Positions 11,268 to 23,100 of a stretch of 64,000 bases of DNA are shown piece after piece. The DNA is from Heteronotia binoei (taxonomy: Eukaryota): NCBI RefSeq assembly GCF_032191835.1, contig NC_083236.1, positions 27,404,001 to 27,468,000 on the forward strand. Reading direction: 5' to 3'. The stretch's first letter is position 1. Every line of letters starts with the position of its first letter. Under the pieces are notes generated by a model. That model did no database searches. It had not been told where the DNA came from and worked only from the letters and a program-made list of their open reading frames with translations. Position numbers and translations under genes: made by a program.

Positions 11268-13986
11268 CTGTTCACCCTGACCCAAATGGCCCACATCTGA
11301 AAAGCTATGTAGGGTTGGCCCTGGTTAGTATTTTGATGTTATCTGTTATCTATCTGAATGTTATCTGTTATCTATCTCCAGACCAAGGGAGGCCAGACTG
11401 TGCTCTACATTGGCGTCAGTGGAAACAAAATGAAATCAAATATATAAAATGTTAGGCAAACCAATAAATTTAATGAAAATTACTCAGTTTTTTAAAAGGA
11501 AAGTTAATTGGAAAATTGTGTATATGACCATTAAAAGATACCTCAGAAAAATCATTCCCACAAGTAGTCCCAGATTGTCCTGTTTTCTTCAGTTGAGTTG
11601 TTACAATAAAACACCCATCATTCACTTTGGGTTGGATCCAAACTAAACTGTTTCCACCAATTACCCCTTCCTTCTGCAGCTCCCCACCCCTGCCATGTCA
11701 TTCCACAGGATCCCCTATCCCCCAGGAGCAGGATTTGATGGAGATCAGTGAGCTTCAGTGAGGGAGGGGGAGGTGGGAAAAAATTGTTCTGCTGATAGAA
11801 AATTTAGCCTGGATGCAACCCATTGTTACCTGAAAGGATCCTTTGGAAAAGTTGCTTAGGCCATTGGTAGTCATTTCACACAGAGAATAACCTATCCGTT
11901 GTGTCACCAACATATGTAACCAACTGCCACAAAATATTCCAGCAGTGGCCGTTCCCCCTCCTTGCAGTAGCCACCCAATAAATACAAGGGTTCTCTCATC
12001 TCCAGACACCAGGTTCAAGGATTTCTTCTTCAGGAGGGGACCTCAAGACATCTCCCTTCAAGGCAACTGAAATTTTCCCTTCGCTTAAGGAAGCACTATC
12101 ACCTTAATCCACCTCAGCAATCTCCTGCAATGAGACATCACCATAACTGAAATTCATCCAAGTGACTGCAACTCGGTTGTGCTCTGATTGCATTCTGACA
12201 ATGCCTTGTTGGAATAGATGTAGCTCTTCAGGCTGGCATTGCTATAAGAAATTGATTGAGCCAGATTATAGGGTTTTTAAAAAGAGCTGACCACAATCTG
12301 AGAGAAGCTTCATGTATCTGCAATTACTTCTTTTCTCCTCATGTGGTCTCTAGTTGGATAGGCTATTGAAACAGTAAATTAGTTGCAGAGCCTGGCTATA
12401 TGAGGCTAATGAATGAGCAACAATCCTTCTTTAAACCTGCCTACAATGCTCTAAAAATATCCTCTCCAGCTTCCAGGTGCCATTATGAGGTATGCCCTGT
12501 TCCTGTTCTTTCTGGTAGCACTTGATTGGCTGTTCTTGGATTTTGGTCTCATCTAGTAAACTAATCTTTTGTTCTTCATGATCTTGGTCCCTCATATCAC
12601 CTCTCTCTCTATGTTCTGCCATGACAGTTTTGCTCATATGAGAAGGCTAGGGCTTTTAATGTAGGGGAACTTATTTGCATATTAGGCCACATCTCTGATG
12701 CCAAGCCAGCCAGAACTGCGTTCCTGCTCAAAAACAGCCAGCGACAACCGCCTGTATATGTGCTTTCTCTGTTGTTCCCCTCACCTTATGGAATGGCCTG
12801 TCTGAGGAGGCTATCCTGGCTTTCCACAGACTATGCAAAATTGCATTATTTACAATGGCATTACTACACAGGTAATGTACGAAATGGTTTACAATGTGAC
12901 TGGGATAAATTATTAGGGGCTGTGGTTTACACTACTATGTATAGCTTGCTCTGAGTAGGAACCTACTATGTAATTTTTGCATTGTTTACTTTATCATGAT
13001 AATACTTTACAGTTCTATTTTTTAGATCTCTGGTTGGTTCCAGACTTCTACAATCCTTATTGTATTTTATTGTGAATTGAATGTTTCATCCTGTTGATCA
13101 TATTGATTTGTTCTGTGGAATCTGCCTTGAGTCCCACTGAGAAAGGCAGACTATAAATAGTCAACCAGGGCTTTTTTTGAGCAGGAACGCACAGGAGCAC
13201 AGTTCCGGCTGGCTTGGTGTCAGGGGGTGTGGCCTAATTTGCAAATGAGCTCCTGCTGGGCTTTTCCTACAAAAAGCCCTGTGTAAAACAATGGTGACAT
13301 CAAGGGGTATGGCCTAATATGCAAATGAGTTGCTGCTGGGCTTTTTCTACAAAAAAGGCTCTGATGTCAACAAACAAATAAAAATATGGTATTTAAATAG
13401 GCTCTGATCCATAGGTGCTGAGAAGCCCCTTGCTGAACAGATGCTCATCTCTAAAGTCCAATTTCCTGTTTGGAGGAGAGAAAATAATGATGTACAAGTA
13501 CCAGGACATAAGCACACAATTTTGAACACACTCAGTTAAATGCATTGCTTTTTAGCACTTTGGTATATCTAGCCAAGAGCATGCAGCAAACATACAAACA
13601 CCTTCATTTCGACACCTTGAAGGAAGGCAAGACCAGTGATGGTCCTTGATGGCTAAGGAAACGCTCCCCCCCCCTCCATCACAAAGGAGTCTTTATCCAC
13701 TCGCTTGGCAGTTCAGCATGGAAAATGCAAGTTCCACCCTCTGTGTTAGAGAGCACTCCAGGCTATTTATTCTGAGCTGCCAATCTCCCCAGCTGTTTCC
13801 TAGCAAAAGTAGGTTGAGCTTTCATAACAAAGAACATGATATTTCTGTATTACGAGTGAAAAAGAAGGCGGGAGCTCCGGCTAAACCAAGCGAGGAAGTG
13901 ACTGCAGCCCCACTTGCACGAAACCTCAGTGTGAGAGACAGCGGGATCAGCAAGAGCAGCAACAGCGCAGTGGCTTCACAGAAGGC

Positions 13987-14133
13987 ATGGCGGGACCTCA
14001 GTGCTGCGCTGTCATGGTGACAGGGGCCAACCGTGGCATCGGCCTGGAGTTGGTGAAACACTTTCTTAAGGAACCAAATCCCCCCAAGGTGGTGTTTGGA
14101 ACCTGCCGTGACCCAAAAGGACCAAAAGGACAG
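13987..14133 (+). CDS. SDR paralog 2 exon 1 (MAGPQCCAVMVTGANRGIGLELV...PKGQ)
   Basis: ATG at 13987; CAG/gtgagt donor. Confidence 0.93.
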
Positions 14134-17100
14134 GTGAGTTGTGGCTCTTGCTTAACAAACCTGGAAGGCAGGAAGCGCAGCAGGGCAAAAAGTCCTCCCT
14201 TGGCATAGCTGGGATGGTGGCTTCCTGCTGCCTCCCTCCTTCCCATCACAACAGCGAACTATTTCGAACAGTGCAAATGTCTCCTGAGCTGAAGGCCCAA
14301 GATTTGAACTTATGTAACTCTGGCTTCTGCACTCCACATGGATTGCAGGGTATTTTTGAAGAGCGTGCACTGAAGGATGCCTGCTCATGAAGCTGGAGCA
14401 AACCAGTAGTCCAATTTCTCATGGTGGGCTACTGCATACCTCCAGGAAGCCCACAAGCAAGGCAAAATATCAGTTGCCTTTCGCTGCTATTGCCCTCCAC
14501 CCCAAGCAGCTTCTATTCTCTGGCATGGATAAGGAGCTTCGATTTAACTGTTATGGCTATCCTGCTCCATTAATATGTCAAATCTAAGCCCGAATATCTG
14601 ATTGCAGTGAATTCTGAAAGTAAATCATGTGTTGTATCAAAGAAAATAGTGTTTTCTTTGTCCTGTGCAGAAGCTACTGGCCTGGATCCAAATGCATTAA
14701 GAAAACTAAAGTGCCCTTGCGTTTTATTAAGAAGGGGCACTGTGGAGTGCAGAAGCCAGAGTTACATAAGTTCAAATCTTGGGCCTTCAGCTCAGGAAAC
14801 ATTTGCGCTGTTCAAAATAGTTCGCTGTTGTGAAGGGAAGGAGGGAGGCAGCAGGAAGCCACCATCCCAGCTATGCCAATTTCTGCTTATTTCGTCCTCC
14901 CACTGCAGTCCCTCCCCGCCACTATATTGTTCACAGGCTCCCCAGAACAAAATTTTAGAAGTCTAAGTGGGCTGCAGTGGCAGGAATGAGTCTGAAAACT
15001 TTGGACTCCTTCTTAAGAAAACTTAGGAACACTTACGTTTTCTGATATGAATGGTTGAATCCTGGCCACTCTCAATCAATTTACTTGCATTATCCCAAGA
15101 TCTAGGGGAGGGGGAAAAATCTATGATGCTGTGCACAGTTTTACAAAACCTTCTAAATGCAAAGGCAACAAAGGTTTCAGTATCTCCTGTGGCTGCTTTC
15201 ACATGGAACTCATGGCTTTCTTTGCCAGCCAAACTTCCATGTTTCGAAGGGCAGAGGTTCTGTGTGATATTGTTGTTTGGTTGCCTCCCTTTGGGTTTTC
15301 TCCAGCCCTACTGCTGCTTTTCCGGAACCATCTTTGGTATGGTCATTCTTAAAAGATCATATCCAACATGAATTTGGAGAAAGTGTGGAAGGGTCACATG
15401 GCCTGTGTCACTTCTCCCATCTGCCGCCACCACCCTCCCTGTGCCAGTGGAACTTTTCTCCTTTTCATAGAATTACAAATAGTGCTAACATACTATAGTA
15501 ATTTCCCAACTATTGATAGCAAAAAGAACTTGCAAAAAGCCCACTAGTGGTTGTGGTGATGGCGGGGAAATTGGGAGAGGGAAAAGCACAGGGCAACCCC
15601 CTGGATGGAAGTTGCATGGCTGCTGTGAATATTGTTGCATTGAATTACACTGACGTATTTTTGCCTTTTACCAGTAGAAGGCTAAGTTGCTATCCAACTC
15701 AGTTTACAGACTAGCCTTAAGGTTGCGCTGGACTACTGGGTTTTGACAAGCTATTCTGGTTGTTTCCACAAGGAGATTTTGCTCTGGTTCGCAATCCAAA
15801 CTGTATCAGGATTTTGAGGTTTTTGTATTTGGAGCCCACCATGCAATGTCCCCATAACAGCTGCTTTCTGGGATTACCCCTGCTTTACCAGAACCTTTCC
15901 CAAACCTAGTTAGATACAGTCTTTTGGGAAAGACTGCAGACATACACTTTTGCCTGCTGTGTGGACAGGAAGGTGCATATTTCCCATGAAAATGAACACC
16001 ATTTTCCTTGCTTCAGTCCTGATAGCCTCCATTCCACCCACCCTCCCCATGCATCAAGAAAACTTTTTTTGGAAGTCTTAAAAATGACACTTGATCTATT
16101 GCTATAGCATTATGACAACCTATCTACTATTTCCTCTGAATCCTCAGCTATAATTTTGTTAAAGGGTAAGTTTCTAGCACATTTTGTTGTATAATATCTC
16201 ATCAACAAAAAAGCATACACTCTAAAACACAAAAGTTTGGAATTCAAAGGAACTAATAATGACTTATCTATGACTTATAAGGAACTTATAATGACTTATA
16301 AGTCATTATGGCCATCTGACAGCAATGAAGATCCTGTGAATTTTGGGGGAGGTATTTGTGAGTTTCCTGCATCGTGCAGGGGGCTGGACTAGATGACTCT
16401 GGATGTCCCTTCCAACTCTATGATTCTATAATTCTAATGCTATAGCAATATACTAAGTACTGATTTTTGTAGAATCCACAAAAAAGCTCTCTGGTAGTGG
16501 TGGTGGAGAAATGACAGTCATTGGCAGCTGAAATAAGGAAAGGGTGGGGAAACTGCCATGTGGAGACTCCAGTACCACTGAAAGTATCTAGCATCCATGA
16601 GAGCTAGACAGAGAATCATTGTCATATAGAAGGAGCCTCCCCTCACATCTGCAATATGGGGATTGTGATTCTGATCTACCTGACAGTTTTGCTTTAAGGA
16701 TGATGAGAAAATAATGCATGTGACCTGCATAGAACACTCTAAAGCATTTTATAAATTACAATTATTTTCTTGTAGGAATTGAGAAATATGGCTTCCAAGC
16801 ACTCCAACCTGATAATTCTGCCACTTGGTAGGTCCTTCTGTTCTCCAGTCTCTCCTTTCTGCCAAAAGACTTTTCATTCATGCCAAAGGCTTTTGTTTAC
16901 TGAGCTTATTTTCTGTGTTTGCAGCTCCCTCCCCACCAATTTATATCTTTCTATATCTGAAGGCAGTGTGTTGAATGCCCTCTAGGAAAGTACACACAGA
17001 GTTGTTTTACTTGAGTGTCAACACAACTCACAATTTTGACAAGACAGACATTAATTTGTTTGCTTAAAATATTTATAGCACACTCACACAATAAAATATC

Positions 17101-20100
17101 CCCAAGGCAGTTTACAACATTCAATAAATGTAAAAACAGCAATAGAGAATGTGAAGCACAAAAAAAATTACACAGAAGCAACAATAACAAGAATTAAAAG
17201 CAGCAATTAAAATAATTAAAACAACAGCAACAGAAGCATCAAGTAATTCCACCCAGGCTCATAACTTTCAGGGCCTAACCACACAATACACTTGTTCCCA
17301 AGCATTCCCCACTCGTCTGGATCCTGTCAAGCAGATGTGTGCTGTTGAAACTTTGATTCTCAGAGGACCCAATTTACAGCAAGACCACAGCATGCAGGGA
17401 GAAGGGGTTTCTCCTCTGCATTGTTTTCCAAGCCTGAAATGGCCCTGGGGAGTAACTGTTTGTCCAATTAGGTCAACTGATGGGCTACATGCCTACCCAT
17501 TGGCTGCATTTATTTATTTACAGCATTAAAACCCTGCAGGGTAAAGAGTAGGGGTCCCAAATCCCCCGCTAGGCCTGGAGACCCCTGATTTGGAGCCTCC
17601 TCCTCCCGCTGGCCATAAAAGGGAAAGCGGGGGGGGGGAGGGGGAGAACGGCAGCCCTTCGCACCCAGCCCCGATCGCAGCAGCCAGAGCTCTTCCGTTT
17701 TCTCAGGCTGCTTCCCGCCCCCAGTCAGCTGGCCGGTGAAGGGAGGGGAGCCCAGCCACGCCCCCAAAGGACCATGTGCCTTTGCACCTCCGGAGGTGAG
17801 TGAGTTCTGTCTCCTGCATCAGATTTCCCAGAAAGGGGGTGGGGGGGGGTGGGGGGGAGGGGGGTGGAGAGGGAAACGTCTTCTCATAGGGTATAATGGG
17901 GAATTGATCTGGAGGTTTCGGGGGCTCTGGGGGAGCTGTTTTTTGAGGTAGAGGCACCAAATTTTCAATATAGTATCTAGTGCCTCTCCCCAAAGTATCC
18001 CCCAAATTTCAAAACGATTGGACCAGGGGGTCCAATTCTATGAGCCCCAAAAGAAGGTGCCCTTATCCTTCATTATTTCCTATGGAAGGAAGACATTTAA
18101 AAAGGTGTGCTGTCCCTTTAAATGTGATGGCCAGAACTCTCTTGGAGTTCAATTATGCTTGTCACACTCTTGTTCCTGGCTCCGCCCCAATGTCTCCTGG
18201 CTCCACCCCCAAAGTCTCCTGGCTCCACCCCCAAAGTCCCCAGATATTTCTTGAATTGGACTTGGCAACCCTAGTAAAGAGCAGTTCCTTTGGGGCGATT
18301 TAAGTTTGTGAAAATGGCAGAGGGCAGAGGCTTAAGCCCCTTCTTCCTACATGCCATGGTCTTTACCCAAATTTGGCCCTTGAATGCCTAGAAATCAGGT
18401 TTCACATGGGAACACACACACACACATCTGCTTGTCAGGACAGAGGTCACACTCAGGAATGGGCCCAAGAAGAATATAATATATAGCCAGGCCTACAGTA
18501 GAACACCAAAGAAGACAAAATATTAATTTCTGGGAGGGCAGAGTTTTGAAGCCTCAGCACCTGACGCTTATCCACTTTCTTCCTGACAGTGGGGGCACAT
18601 AGAACGGGGCCTCTGAGGGTGTCCTTACCATCAGGCAGGTCCCTGTGGAAAGAGAAGGTCCTTCAAGGCGCATACTATGTAAGGCTTCATAGAACACATT
18701 CTGCATAATACCTTTTATTATCCAAAAAAACAGAACACAGTCCACCTAATGCTTTCTATTCACCATCCAAAATCCTCAAACACAATCCACATAATACCTT
18801 TTATCAGCTCTCCAAAAACCCAGAACACAGTCTATATAATACCTTTCATTAACACCCAAATGACACACAACTGTGTGCAAGCTTTCGAGTTCTCCAGAAC
18901 TCTTCTTCAGGTTGAATGTTACGATTTAAAAAACATGGAAAGGAATATGCCCTTAAATGAGAATGTCCTGAATAATATTCCTTTACCTATTGTATTTTAT
19001 TTTATTATAACATCTAACATGAAAAAGAATTCTGGAGAACATGAAAGCTCACATGTTGTTAATATCCCATTTATGTAGACCTATTAAAACATTATATTAA
19101 AATATAAGAGCCCCGTGGCACAGAGTGGTAAAGCTGCAGTACTGTAGTCGGAGCCCTCTGCTCACGACCTGAGTTCGATCCCACTGAAAGTTGGTTCAGG
19201 TAGCTGGCTCGAGGTTGACTCAGCCTTCCATCCTTCCAAGGTCGGTAAAATGAGGACCCAGCTTGCTGGGGGGGAAGTGTAGATGACTGGGGAAGGCAAT
19301 GGCAAACCACCCCGTAAAAAAGGCTGCCATGAAAATGTTGTGAAGCAACGTCACCCCAGAGTTGATGCACAGGGGATTACCTTAACCTTTACCTTTATTA
19401 AAACATTACGTGGATCATGTTCTGTTTCTTGGGTGCGGTTTTTTTTCATTTGGACCTGCACTGCTAACAATTTATTTATAGAACCATCACTTAGAATTGT
19501 TTTCTGGGAAGCATAATCATTAGAAATCTGAGTCTCCTCCTGATATTGATGTTCATGTTAAAGTAAACTTAATTGATTCAATTCAGAAACAAACAAAAAT
19601 AGAATTGGATTAAAGTCATGTTAGGAGAGAGGAGAAAGGCAGTCTGGCAGTCACCCAACCTTCTCCAAGTGCTGTTTGAACATTCATTGCATTTTGATGC
19701 CAGTGGGCTTGGTTGGGTATCTTTCTTACCTCACACTCAAAAGGATGGGGTGTGGCTGCCATGGCAAATGTACATTGCTAGCTCTTTGCAAGAGTCACTC
19801 TTACAAGGGATCAGTCAACAGAGATTAGCAATTCAATTGGCTAAAAAGGGCGTAGCTCTGTTCAGGACTGGCAGCCTGGCAATTCAGGGGCCCTCCATCC
19901 CAAGTCCTGACAAGTCTCCAATTCTTTCAAATGTTTTACTGAGGTCCTGTTATTCTCTGTTTTGTTTTTCAAATAACAGCATACTCTGATAGCATTTGAA
20001 ACATAATCCTTGCTCATCCTTAGCCCCCATCCACACTCCCACACCTGGCTGAACAAAGTCACAGTTGCAAAGTCTTGCCAATATGACCCTTTCACCTCCA

Positions 20101-23100
20101 TGGATGAGAAGTTAACACCAGAGTAAGCAAACACAGCCTGGGCATGCAGAGTAAAGGATGACGGGATTGGGAAGGGATCTGTTTTCCCATAATACTCAGG
20201 GAACAAGGGAACAGGACAGCATTTCTTAGTACCCTTTTTTAAAAAGTACTCACATTTACTCAATAAGCAAAGCAACCCTCTATAAAAGACAATCCTGTGC
20301 ATTCCTCCTCAAAAATATGCACTAAAATATTTTCACTAGACCTGTTACTTTTTGTTAATTAAAAAAAAAGCCCAGCAGGAACTCATTTGCACATTAGGCC
20401 ACACACCCCTGACATCACCATTGTTTTGCACAGGGCAAACCACCCCATAAAAAGTCTGCCGTGAAAATGTTGTGAAAGCAACATCACCCCAGAGTCGGAA
20501 ACGACTGGTGCTTGCACAGGGGACCTTTCCTTTCCCCCTTTTTTGTAGGAAAAGCCCAGCAGGAACTCACTTGCATATTAAGCCACATCCCCTGAGAGCC
20601 CCGTGGTGCAGAGTGTTAAAGCTGCAGTACTGCAGTCCTAAGTTCTGCTCACAACCTGAGTTCAATCCCCAGCAGTAGCTAGGTTTTCAGGTAGCTGGCT
20701 TGAGGTTGACTCAGCCTTCCATCCTTCTGAGGTCGGTAAAATGAGTACCCAGCTTGCTGGGGGGAAAGTGTAGATGGCTGGGGAAGGCAATGGCAAACCA
20801 CCCTGTAAAAGGTCTGCCATGGAAACGTTGTGAAAGCAACGTCACCTCAGAGTTGGAAACGACTGGTGCTTGCATAGGGGACCTTTCCTTTTTCCTTCCT
20901 GATGCCAAGCCAGCCAGAACTGCATTCCTGAATGTTCCTGCTAAAAAAAAAAAAGCCCTCATATGTAAAAAATGACCTTTCCCACTTCTTTTTCCTTTTT
21001 AAACTTTTTGATGGTGTGCTTTCGGGAGGGGGACGCGATTCTAGTCTTGCATTGGAGTCAGTAAGGTAGAAAGGCAGTTGTAACTAAGTTAATGACAAAC
21101 TTGGCTACCCTTGTGGATTCCTAATCAAGTTGGTATTCAGAGAGGATTAGTGGTGTGCCAAAGGCAGGATATCAGCTTTTCATCTTCTGAGAACACCACA
21201 CAACTCTAAACAGTATCAGGGAGTGCCCTTGGGGCTGGCAAACTGCCCACAAACAACATTGACTAAACAGAACATGCAAACCCGTTTCAGACATCCTGAG
21301 CTCTGAAATAAAAGTCCTTTTCATTTTCCAGATCTGATTCTGACCAGCTGGTGTTTAAGGAGTTCTCCTTACATATGGCTCCAATAATTATGTCCCCCCC
21401 CCCCCCCCCTTTCTCCAAGCAGAAAGAAGTTCAGGATCTGCTTGAACTGGTTTCTTTGGGAAGAGAGAATCCACTCTAGACAGTGGACAGGGCCAGCTCT
21501 ATCACTAGACAAACTAGGAAATTGTCTAGGGCACCAGCCTTCTGTGGGGCACTGAATTGGATGCCCCCCATGTGACTCGGTGACATTATCAGTCCCGGGG
21601 GCGGGGCACCAGAAGTTAGCCTTGCCTAGGGCACCAGACAGTGTAGGGCCGGCCTAATTGTGGTGTATCTTGTAATGTTTTCTTTGCTTAAAGTGTTGTG
21701 ACTTTTGGTTGGCCTTTCTCTTTCCCTCTCTGTATTGGCATCAAGACCAGCTCTTCTTCTTGGCCAGTCACATAAGACCCAGAAAATGAGTTTTGGTCAT
21801 TCATGGTATAAAGACTGAGCCCCAAACAAGATGATACGTTTTTTGCAAAAGTCAGTTTGGGGCTCACCCAGCACAACTTGCCTCTGTGCATCCAGACAGT
21901 GGATATAACAAATTTTGTAGACCATCTCTGCAGCACAGGGAGAGGAAGGGTTTCAATCTTCTTCCAAATGCCATTTTGCTGACCTGAAACAGTTTCAGAG
22001 GTGTTATTTGCTCCATTGGTCAGATGGCTACATGTGCAGCATTTGGACAAATGACGCAGTGAGTTCTCCACAACTACTGTTTGGTTGCAAGGACGGTGAA
22101 TTGGCTCAGGAGAACCCCCCCCCCCCCCCCAATGACTGGATTGGGCCCAGGAACCTGCAGAAAAGGGGCTGCCTGCTACCGCAAGGCAAATTCCCTGTAG
22201 TCTCATTTGCACTCACCAGAAACAATGGTGGTCCTGGAAAGAAACAAGCTTCTCTTCCTTTAGAACTCAAACCTAGCAAATTCATTTCCACAAATATAAA
22301 ATACAGTAAAACCGGACCGAAGTTCCTCCACCCATGGTGGCAACTAGCTATGTGAGGACTGAAACGACTTCTTTTTTTAACCCAGCTGAGCCTTACTCAA
22401 AAGAAAGTCACTTTTCCCTTTTTAGAAGCCACAGATCCATCAAGTGTTGACGCAGCTGCCAAGAAGGCGGAGGCCCACCTGGGAGGCCGCGGCCTGAACC
22501 TCCTCATCAACAATGCTGGTGTCATGCCACCTTGTTCCATGGATTCAATCACCGCTAAAGACCTGCTGGATGTCTACAACACCAACGTTGTTGGGCCAAT
22601 GTTAGTCACCAAGGTAAGTGTCTCCACTCTTGGGGAAAAGTTGTGGGAAAAGGAGAAGAAAAAGAGGGGTTGGTTTTCATACCCTGCTTGAGTCTCAAAG
22701 CAGCCTACAATCACCTTCCCTTCTTCTCCCCACCACAGGCACCTTGTGAGGCAGGTGGGGCTGAGAGAGTTCTGAGAAAACTGTCACTGGCCCTATGATC
22801 ACCTAGCAGGCATCATATGGAGGAGTTGGGAATCAAACCCCGTGTGCCAGATTAGAGTTAGAGTCTACAGCTCTTAAACTGGGAAGGGACGGTGGCTCAG
22901 TGGTAGAGTATCTGCTTGGTAAGCAGAAGGTCCCAGGTTCAATCCCTGGCATCTCCAAAAAGGGTCCAGGCAAGTAGGCATGAAAATCCTCAGTTTGAGA
23001 CCCTGGAGAGCCGCTGCCAGTCTGAGAAGACAATACCGACTTTGATGGACCAAGGATCTGATTCAGTATGTTCATATTCAACCACTACACTACACCACAC

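Noticed and set aside
13899-13908. Antioxidant response element in the SDR promoter (tgactgcagc)
   Set aside because: Spacing does not fit TGACnnnGC.
13646-14020. 124-aa ORF overlapping the SDR paralog 2 start
   Set aside because: Different frame, no recognisable domain, and it spans the promoter and 5' UTR.
17836-17874. Strong G-quadruplex-forming tract
   Set aside because: It lies within a repeat element, and poly-G runs are frequent throughout this window.
22886-22957. tRNA-like cloverleaf ending in CCA with apparent GGT anticodon
   Set aside because: It continues directly into a SINE body shared with the 5322 copy and has no poly-T terminator; it is a tRNA-derived SINE head, not a tRNA gene.
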